Positions 1 through 9,700 of a stretch of DNA of 64,000 nucleotides are shown here, piece after piece. The notes beneath the pieces were generated by a model. The model ran no database searches and was not told the DNA's origin. It saw only the letters and a list, made by a program, of their open reading frames with translations. A program made the translations under genes and the position numbers. The first letter of the stretch is position 1; every line of letters begins with the position of its first letter. Source of the stretch: Lingula anatina (lineage: Eukaryota > Animalia > Brachiopoda); the NCBI GenBank assembly GCA_051362555.1, contig CM120645.1:1240001-1304000 (forward strand), given 5' to 3'.

Positions 1-242
1 ACCTCCTTTTGTCTAAAAAAATTTTTTAAAAACTTAAGATATTTAGAGCTTAAAATCTGCTGTGTTTTAAGTACAGGTCATGATCAAAAACACCAAATTT
101 TGTATCAATATAAGTGAGGGATGCATGAAGCATGGGTCAGTTTAGTGTGTTGTTTCATCTAACCATTTTCTTGTGTAATCTTCCAATCACTCTGTGTGTG
201 TCTTTCCTGTGTGATTGCAGTGCTTTCTCTTTCAAATTGCAG

Positions 243-344
243 GCAGTTATCGAATCTCCAGAAAAACAGCTAACTTTAAATGAAATCTACAACTGGTTCC
301 AAAACACTTTTGCATTCTTCCGGAAAAATGCTGCCACCTGGAAG
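243..344 (+). CDS. FoxP: FoxP forkhead exon A1 ([34 protein letters not shown])
   Basis: ttgcag acceptor at 241-242, AAG|gtttgt donor at 345; 102 nt, phase 0/0, no stops. Confidence 0.93.
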
Positions 345-974
345 GTTTGTATGGTGACATAGCTAGGGAATGTGACACAACATCATGGTGGCAAGCCATG
401 GACAGCAGCGCAATCACAAATCTCAGCTACTGCAATGCAGATTGTATCCTGTTGAGCATATTTGATCAGTTAACCCCCACCCCCCACCCTCATCTCCCAC
501 CCCAACACATCTCCATGACCCTCATTTTTCAGAGGAGGGGCATGGTTGGAAACTTTGAATGAAATTGGGAAGAAAGGTGATTGTATGCTGTACTGAACTG
601 CCACCTTGATGAGTTATTAACTGTATATTACATGTGGGTTTTATTATTACTTTAATTCAGGCCATAATAGACTCTCCTAACAAACAGTTAACCCTAAATG
701 AAATATACCAGTGGTTCACAAACACATTTTCTTACTTTAGAAGAAATGAGGCCACATGGAAGGTAAAACAAATTCTCATTGTAGATGTGTTCTTGAGTTT
801 ATTTGCTTATATTTGCCCATGAATTAATATATCGCATTGTAATTTTTGGAAAAATTACAAATTAGGAAAAATTGTTGTGCTAATCAGAAAGATTTCATTT
901 TCTTAAAATTTGAGTCAAAAGAGGAATATTTATTGATATGTTATATGGTGTATGTATAGAAATAATTACACTGC

Positions 975-1014
<40 letters not shown>

Positions 1015-4000
1015 ATCACTAGAAATTTGATAATTCTAAGTGCATATTAAAAGCGAAAAAAAATTAGTGCACATTTTAATTTTTGAAAGTAAAATTAATT
1101 GACTGACTTTATCAGGTAATCTTATGAAATTGAATATCTTGCCTTGAAAAAAAAGGAAAATACATAATTATATGTTACTGTTTGAAATATATATCACAGT
1201 ACAGTTTTAATTACTTATCTGAAACAAGTAACTTGGGGTTTAAGGGAAGACCATAAAACAGTGAAGGTACCTTAAAGAGAAACATATCTGCTGTTTATGA
1301 AATTATGTTTATGAGTGTGTCATATTGTGTAGGTATATCAGTCATTTCTCAGCTGTGGTTCACCACTAGTGCCCTCTAGTGGTAGGTAATAGCTGAGCTG
1401 TCTCCACTGTTACTCCCCCTTGCTGCAGTATCCTCATAGCCATGAGGAATGGAGGGTAAGGCTACATACCATAACATACACAGCAGATATTTTTCCTTAA
1501 GGTACCTTTATTGTATGTTTATCATTATATGGTCAACCAAAATCAATGATTTTCCGGTATCAAATAAGATTGAAATGTTGATGATTGTATCGCTGTTTCA
1601 CTGTTGACCTTATTTTCCTCTCAACCAATCAGAATGCAGTACGACACAACCTCAGTCTACATAAGTGCTTCATGCGGGTCGAGAATGTCAAAGGCGCCGT
1701 CTGGACTGTCGACGAAATTGAATTCTACAAACGCAGACCACAAAAAATGAGTGGGTACGTCAGGCCATGGTGTGGTGAACATGCTTCTATGACATCATTG
1801 CTGTGTCTTTTTTTTTCTAGGGACCCTGGCAAAATGGCTTATTAGATGACAGATACTCTGATTTATTTATTTTTTTTTTGTTCAAAAGATGAATTTGAAA
1901 TTTATTATAACATGCACTTTTGGATAGGTTGCTTTAAGCAATTGGCGGAAATTTAAGACATTGCAGTTGTGATACGATTCTTGATAAAAAAACATTTTTC
2001 AAAAACACATGTGATCCAGATTATGTGTCATCTAATCAGTGTATGTTGCAGACTGGTGTTACTCTGTCCACCCCCTGCTCTGCTGTCTAGACCAGGGGAG
2101 GGGGTGGGAACTGCTATTTAAGCTGATCACACTGATGATGTGTTGTTGTTTATTTTTTATATTTCCTCACACTGCACAGAATGCTATACGCACCAATCTG
2201 TCTCTGCATAAATGTTTCGTACGGTACGAGGATGATTTCGGCTCCTTTTGGATGGTGGATGATATAGAATTTATCAGGCGCCGTCACCTTACCAGGGGGA
2301 GGCCCCGAAAATCACATGACTCCAGCGATTTCACTTACGCACAGTAAGGCCCTTTTCTCCACTAACATACTCTTACTACTCTAGCCTGGCTGTAGATATA
2401 CTAGTCTAGACTCTGTGCACCATCACCAAAAATATTACTTCCTCCAGACCCTGGAGAGCTTTGCCCAAACCATGGTTTTGATAATATCCCCTCCCCCCTC
2501 CTCCCCTTCAGCACCCACCCCCCTCATTTTAACCCTTTGAGTTCCAAACACCATGTTGGGAATCTGGTTTTGTAAATCCCCGCTACTTTGCAGCTTCAGT
2601 TTTGTTTTAGAATGAAGAAAAAGTTGTTTTGCCTTTTTTTTCTGCGGTATCTTGATGTTGTTGTTGTTGTTGCCAACTTGCTTGCTCAGCCTGATGGGAT
2701 TTCACCCAGTCCCCCAACCCACAAGCTTTCTATCTCTAATTTCATTAACATTGGAGTTTTTTCAGTGGATTGAAGATGCATGTTTAATTTTCGTATATTT
2801 TATTTTTGCAAAGATCTTTATTTTGGCTGTTTTGTATACTCTTTTAACCTTCATTCCTTTGCTTGATGGCTCTAATTTTATAATAAATGATCATGTGAAA
2901 ATCTGGGCTTCCTCCTAGAAATGATGGGGCATGCCAACGAACAGAGAAATCTCCACAGATACAATTGAAAGCGGAACTTTTATGCTTGACAGTCAGTGTT
3001 TTTTCTGTAGGAATTCATGTTTTTGTTTATCAGTCCAAATAGTTTTCATATAGGTTAATAGGCTGGAAAAGTCTGCTGATGGTTTAGTAGGTGCATGCCT
3101 TTTATTTATTTATTTAAAAAATTAAGAAATGATTTTGCCATTATTCCTATAAGCCATCAGCCAATGGCAGAGCCTCTCATTACCATATTACCATGGTAAC
3201 GCCATCCCTGGCACATTATTGGTTACCTTCCGTCACATGACATGTTTGGTGGTGGTGGACTTTGTAGTGCATAGCAGTAGCATAGAAAGTTGTTTTAGGT
3301 AGACAATAGAGATGAAGTCAACAAGTCCATGGAAAAATGTTGTTAAATTCTTGAAGGAAAATTGTGTTGTATTATGATCAAAATACTATAAGAACATTTA
3401 TAGGTACTGAGTGTAGGTCATTGTAGTGAAGCTGATGTTGTCTTGTGGTTATATTCAATAAAAGATTGGATTCAAGTATGTTTATTAAAATTATAAATGA
3501 TGTTTGAGAATGACATGAGATTAGTATTGAGTGGCATTGACAAGCACTACAAGTTTCACCACCTGATTTTATTTATATGCCCTAGCATCAAAATCTACTT
3601 AATGTGATATGTACCTTGTTCATCTTGTTTAGAAACTGTTACTTTTGGATTTAAGATACGTACTGAAAATTTTTATAGGAAGAGTTTGAGACAGAATCAA
3701 TATCTGTAATGATGAATTTGAAGGTTATGATGCTAGGACAATTTATGTAGTAATATAGCAGTTAGTCACCATGTTAGATGTAGGAAGGTGTAATTAGAAC
3801 TGGGACAACTTTAACTGAAAATAATCAGTGCTCATCTGGCAACCAGTGGGTCACCTGTGACCTCATTTAGACAATTTGTGGTTTAAATTAGCTCTGTTCT
3901 GAATGCGCTGTCAGTGGTAGATGTTGATTGGAAAGCAGTTGTACTAGAAATACTGCTAATGAAAGAAAATAAGAAATCAAAATCAACGGCTTTGAATGCA

Positions 4001-6787
4001 GATTTACGATGTTAAAAGATTATGATTCTGTGGGAAAAATAATATTGGTGTGGCAGAAATATTTAATTGTTTTTCTTCAGTACAAAGACATCAGATTTTT
4101 TTTTTTTTTTGTCCAATAGATGGAGGAAATTCTAGAACAGTTCCAGTTTCTAATTTTACATCTCTGTCATGACTTATGAATCGAGGAAAGACTGAAATAT
4201 GCGATTGATTCATATATTAAAGGTTACTTAGTTACTGTAGTTTTTAAGACTAGTGCTTTTATATGTTATTGAGTCTCTATGTTTTGAAACATGAAGTCAG
4301 TGAATTTTGAAAGTACATCCAAAGGTTAGTTTGCCAGATGAGCACTGTTTGCCATCTTATGTTGTCAACAGTTTCAACTTCCTTGAAAGTAAAAAACTTT
4401 TTTGTCACGGAAATTTTTACTCAGTAGATGTTTAATTTGATAAAGTATGTTACTATTTCCCCCATACCACAACATTTACAATTTTATAACTTTGAAGACA
4501 TTTGGCTACAGATAGATTCAAAAACCTGAAGTGTGATATTTGACAGAATCTTAACTTGTTGACAGCATAACAGCCAGCCAGTTGTGTGTTATAGATAGAT
4601 TTTAATTGAAGAATATGTCTTGAACGATTTTGAAGTAGAGGAACATCACCCAATATTTCATTGATCAGGATACCTTTGAAATAATCCAATGTTGTGAACA
4701 GTGCTCAGTTGCTGTACAATGGTCAGTGTTTGTTCCTGGAAACATGACCAGAAGCATGACATGAGAAACATGACAGAAAACATGACATGGGAAACATGTC
4801 ATGGGAAACATCATGGGAAACATGGTGTCCATGAGCTAATATCATCACTAGTCAAGTATATTATGTATATTATATGAACAGTCTTGAAATGGCACTAGAT
4901 TCTTTGTACCCAAGTGGTCCAAAACATTCTTTGAATAATGACACTTTTCGTGAAATGAAGTATAGGCAGCTCTTCTGGTCATGTTTTCAGGTGAACAATA
5001 TTTTAGTAAACACTGATGATAAACAGAGTTCTTATTGACTTAGAGACTTAATGAGAAGAGTTATGTGCTGCATTTTTATCCACCAACTGTGGGCCTTGAT
5101 CACTTGAATGGGGATTTCATGCTTGTATGTGACTCCAAGGAAACAGGACAATATTGTAATTCTTCGGAATCATAGTGTGTGGCTCTTGTTATTTAGTCTT
5201 TAAGTCAGAAACAACTCTGTTTTATCGTCTTATCTAGAGACATAGGCATTTGTTGATGTTGTGTACATGTTGTTATTTTATCATCAAAGTGATGTATGGT
5301 GTATGTTACTCTTTCAGCAATATCCAGATCAAGAGTCCATCATTACAAAATCATCCTCAGTTATATGGCGAGAGCCTGAACGCCAGTCTTAGGGTGAGTT
5401 TTCACACACACGCACTAGCATGCATCTTTTAAAAAAAAGTTACATGAATAAAATCTATTACTGGACTTAACAATCTTACTCTGATTTATGATGTCACATC
5501 TCATGATGTCATGTCAGTGACTTATGTCAGTCTGGAACTATTCTCGTCCTTGTTAAATAATCTGTACAGGACATGGGACAGTGTGATCAGATATGGTCCA
5601 CACATGTTGTTTCTCGATAATGAGGCAATGCACTGCGTGTCGTAATTGTGGATCATACTACACAGTTATGTGTTGTCGCAGTTGAAAATTAATGTCCACA
5701 GTTTCAGCATAACATTTCTCTCCAAAAAAAAAAAAACTCCATAAATACAGTTGCTCATATTTATTATCCATAGTCTTGGCATCACATATCAGTATGTCAA
5801 AGCCAGAGGCCAGTACCTAACAGAAAAGTGACCTGAGATTTGATTTAGACAACAAACTTGAATGGTAATAATTGTGTTTACAGGCTGCTCTTGCAGAGAG
5901 CAATTTCCCATTGTTAAGTAATTCTGGCAGCAGTATGGATGAAGTGGAGGATCTGTCCATATCTCGTCAGACCAGCCAGAACGTAGACGACACTGAGGGC
6001 TTGGCCACAGAACCCTTAAGGTAAAGTGGATATCTTTAATTAACAGCTGTCCTGGATTATTTCCTGAAACGGGATATTAAGGTGTAATATTTGTGTCCCC
6101 ATAGCCCCCCCCCCCCCCCCCCCCATACAGAGCTGGGTACCTTCAGTCTTGCAATTTTTGAGAATTTTATTAAAAGGTCCTCTTTCATCTCTTGTCATTC
6201 TGCAAAATATTTTTAATTCTTCTTTTGATTTGCACTGATGAACTGATTGTTTTTGTGCAATTTTTCCCCAATTGTCATTTTGATTTCTTAAAGTAATACT
6301 TTATCTTTTTCTTGATAACAGTGAATCAGAAGACAGTAAAAAATCAGAAGACAAGCGTCCAGAATACATGGCTGGAAACTCTCCCAATGATGTCAGCATG
6401 GAACAGGCTGTTTACCATGGCAACGCTGTATACAGCCAGCACGGGGAATCCATATACCACCATGGTGAGCCAGAGGATGCCGGGCTGGGGAAACCCTTAC
6501 TAGCCTCTCCTATCAGACCCAAGGAAGAGGACGGCAGTGAGAGATGCGGGCAATACAATGGCGAGAGTTCTCCTCCGCCCAGAGTCAGTGTGGAAGGGAC
6601 AACTGTATGTCATGGGAGCACTATGTATACACATCACAGAGAGGCTGGCTATCACCATGGTGATGCTGAGGATGCTGGGATGGGGAAGCCTCTGATGGTT
6701 TCCATGGCAACGCCAGATGAGGCAGACATGATGAGGCCCCTGTCGAACCCCAGCATCAATTCACATTCCATAAGTGGAGACACCTAA
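243..6787 (+). CDS. FoxP: FoxP forkhead transcription factor, 5'-partial. Exons: [243-344 or 661-762], [1633-1754 or 2180-2343], 5318-5393, 5884-6020, 6322-6787
   Basis: FoxP-diagnostic peptides [26 protein letters not shown], [28 protein letters not shown] and LNASLRAALAES. All introns are GT-AG with consistent phases (0,2,0,2), ending in TAA at 6785-6787. Upstream exons lie outside the window. Confidence 0.97.
661..762 (+). CDS. FoxP: FoxP forkhead exon A2, duplicate of A1 ([34 protein letters not shown])
   Basis: ttcag acceptor at 659-660, AAG|gtaaaa donor at 763; 102 nt, phase 0/0; 25 of 34 residues identical to A1, with many synonymous differences. Confidence 0.92.
1264..1508. mobile_element. 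MITE-like foldback element in the FoxP intron between the A and B exon pairs
   Basis: Imperfect terminal inverted repeats of about 35 bp: aaggtaccttaaagagaaacatatctgctgtttatg versus the reverse complement of catacacagcagatatttttccttaaggtacctt. No clean TSD. Confidence 0.65.
1366..1384 (-). promoter_or_regulatory. CTCF-consensus-like site
   Basis: The minus strand reads taCCACTAGAGGGCACTag, close to the CTCF core CCAC(C/T)AG(A/G)GGGC(G/A)CTA. Motif match only. Confidence 0.45.
1633..1754 (+). CDS. FoxP: FoxP forkhead exon B1, canonical ([41 protein letters not shown])
   Basis: atcag acceptor, GG|gtacgt donor; 122 nt, phase 0/2; splices in frame to the exon at 5318. Confidence 0.95.
2180..2343 (+). 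CDS. FoxP: FoxP alternative forkhead exon B2, FOXP1-18b / Drosophila isoform-B type ([44 protein letters not shown]...)
   Basis: gcacag acceptor at 2178-2179. The CA|gtaagg donor at 2344 gives 164 nt, phase 0/2, the same as B1. Read-through instead meets TAA at 2345-2347. Confidence 0.93.
3826..4347. mobile_element. Non-autonomous DNA element (MITE) in a FoxP intron
   Basis: Perfect 17-bp inverted repeat cagtgctcatctggcaa (3826-3842) / ttgccagatgagcactg (4331-4347). No TSD seen. Confidence 0.6.
4739..4825. repeat. Short degenerate tandem repeat (gaaacatgac / catgggaaacatg units)
   Basis: Six to seven copies of a 12-15 bp unit containing gaaacat. Confidence 0.7.
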
Positions 6788-9700
6788 GTTGTTGAAAACT
6801 GTGCAGAAGACAGAACTTTTTACGATATCACCAACTGGGCTGTCTTCTTCAAGAATAGAGAAAAGCAGATTTTAATCAGAAGAGAAGTTGCCATCTTTGC
6901 AATGCTGTTAAAAAACTGCGTCACACAAATATCAGGGAGCGACTCCCCAATCGTACTTTATGTATTGATAAATGTGAAAGTGCATTGAGTAGCAGAGGAA
7001 AATTTGACATTCAAAGACACTCAGCAATGAGAGGATTTATTTAACACACACTGTCATTGTTTCAGTCTCATTCTTAGCAATAACCAATTGTATTGAACAA
7101 TTCTGACAGGGAAGCCAGTATTGTATAGACAAGCAAAGGCGAACATTTTCTCATGAGGGGCAACAAAAAATTATATTGACAGAAATCTGGAGCCACAATT
7201 GATGCCTGTCTGGAAACACTGGATTTACCATCAACATTTTGTTTCAGCAGGCATAAAAACCCAGATTAGGTAGCATTGCAAGGCAAAATCCCATACCTGC
7301 TCCAATATAATGCAATGCAACTCTGTCATAGATGGCAGCACAAGCTGTCAAGATACCCCCCAGCAATACTTGATATACAGAAAAAGGTAGCATAAGATAA
7401 TACCACATGGTCACAATGGAAGATGCTGGTATATTTCAGTGTGTACTTATATTAAAGTTACAGGAAAAAAAGACAGGACTTATTAGATAGTGAAAAAAAT
7501 ATCATATCATTATCTGGTAATACATACAGGTAATATCAGACCCCATTTTAATTGGTTGTTTTGTACAGTTCTATCGTACTCTGTATTGTGTAAGTGACGT
7601 CGGCTTCTGTAGTCCTTAGCAATATTGACTTGGTTTACCAGAGCTGCATTTACTGCTTTTATTTCCAGAATTATTTCATCAACTGGCACAGCAATATGGG
7701 ATGTTTTTAGGAGGGGACATAAGGTGTAATTTTAAAATGAGGAAATGTGTATTTTCTAAGATTTATGATTTTGATAAAACTAGGGAAGAAGGACTTCTGC
7801 TTTAATCTGCCTATGATGTCCTGGCGTAGATAAAGGGTCCTGTAAGCATATATGTAGTAGACAGTAAATATTGGAACGCTTTCTCAGGGTAGCACAATGG
7901 CAAAACACAGCAGTGAGACCACATTGTTTCCAATGGTCCATGTCCTCTGAAGGACAAACAAAAATTATTTAGGTTTCTATGAATATGAACGGCCTGATTT
8001 AATAATGTTTGTTATGAATTGTTTTTTGTTTTTTTTTTTGTTTTTTTTTACTTTTATTTACTTCTTTTATGTAATTGATGGAATTTTAAGGTCAAGAAAT
8101 CTGACAGAAGTGCAACAGAAAAGGCCAGTCTTTGACCTCGCTGCTGGAAGTGTTTTGTTATTGTTTCACAGTTGCCATACCATTTCTATTATACACACAC
8201 ATATATAAGCATACACACAATATATATATAATTATTTATCAGTTGAGGTCCATGGATTAGCACTCCTGGTAATTTAGTTACATCGAAGATTGATATCGTG
8301 TATGTAAAACACTATATAGATTCTTCTCCCAGAGGTTCCCCATGTTTGTGTGTGTTTATGTGTGTGCAGAGGTTAGAAACAATGTGTAATATATCCTACA
8401 TATCTCAGTATTTATATTTATTCATCAGTATTTTACAACTCTGCGAGGTTAACAGCTTTAAATGTGCTTTGCTTATAATCGGATACATTTTTTTCATGCC
8501 AAAAAATCCAGATTTTGAGACTTCCATTTGCACTTCTTGGTGAAAAGGCAGACCACTTTCCAGTATTACTTAACAGATAAACTTTTGGCATTTGGTTATA
8601 TTTTCACTAGCTGCCTGGATATCTTTATTGTACATATTAACAGGAATGTAGGAGGATATTCACACTTGCTGGCCTGATAAGACATATTTGTCAGTTTTAC
8701 GAGAAAAATATATATTGGGATTCCCCAGAGGCAGCAAAGTAATCCCCCAGCCGAACATGTGCCATGATTTGAAGAAAAGCTTTACAATATTCCATACTGT
8801 ATATGCACTTCAATGTTATGTCTGAACGTGTTGTATTTATGTTAGTTGTAAATGAAATAGAGTCAGGGACAGGTGTGTCTTGAAAGTATGCCTCCCTCTA
8901 GTGTAAAGATAGTAGACTATTATGAGATGTCCTATTCGACATGACATCCAAACTGAATATTTAAATTATGCTACTGAGGACCAATGATGGATGAAATATG
9001 GGCGTGGCAGCGGCGTATGGCGCCAAACGGGTCTCCACGACCTAAGTGTGACGTCTACGTCACGTGCCCTACACGTGGCGCGAGACGTCATGGCGCTGTT
9101 TTGAATGGCGCTATTTTAGATTCTATGTCAACATAAGCGTGATGTCAATATGAAGTAAAGTAGGTGCTTTAACATAGTGGCAATTAGAGTAATTTTAAAG
9201 ACAATTCATTTACCTGGCGGAGTCGGGTAAATCAAAGTGCCTTTTAGACTGCTGTTAGAACTGGAGGTTTTTATTGCACAAGCACGCTTTAGTAGATGGT
9301 AGTTATTTTTTTCCAAGTGACTATTGGGTAAATACGTTGTTTGTACAGACTCTTGGCAATGAATATTATATAGGAAATGCTGTCTCAGTCAAGGGCATGG
9401 GGGCCCCAGCGGGGTTTTCACTTCTTTTACGGCAATGCCAAACCATCACGTGGGCTCTCTTGAGTTTAGGAATTATAAGTAATGATTGCTAAGCGCTTTG
9501 TATAGTTTCCACGATTGTTTCCTATGCCCTCCAGTCTCGCCTTACCATGTAGCTGACTAATAAATGAATGTTATTTAATGGAGACTATTCCTAGCCGTAT
9601 GACAATAGATCAGGTGACCAGTCCAACCAGGTCACTTACCTTTTGAAAGGTCTCAGTTTTAGACTGCAACGTTGCTAAATGTAAGTTTCGGTATCAGTTA

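Noticed and set aside
211-242. Alternative acceptor gattgcag at 219-220 upstream of A1
   Set aside because: It would add 22 nt and shift the frame; the acceptor at 241-242 matches the conserved FoxP exon boundary.
243-762. A1/A2 as an assembly duplication or a second FoxP gene
   Set aside because: The flanking introns are unrelated, the exons differ at many synonymous sites, and only one set of downstream exons exists.
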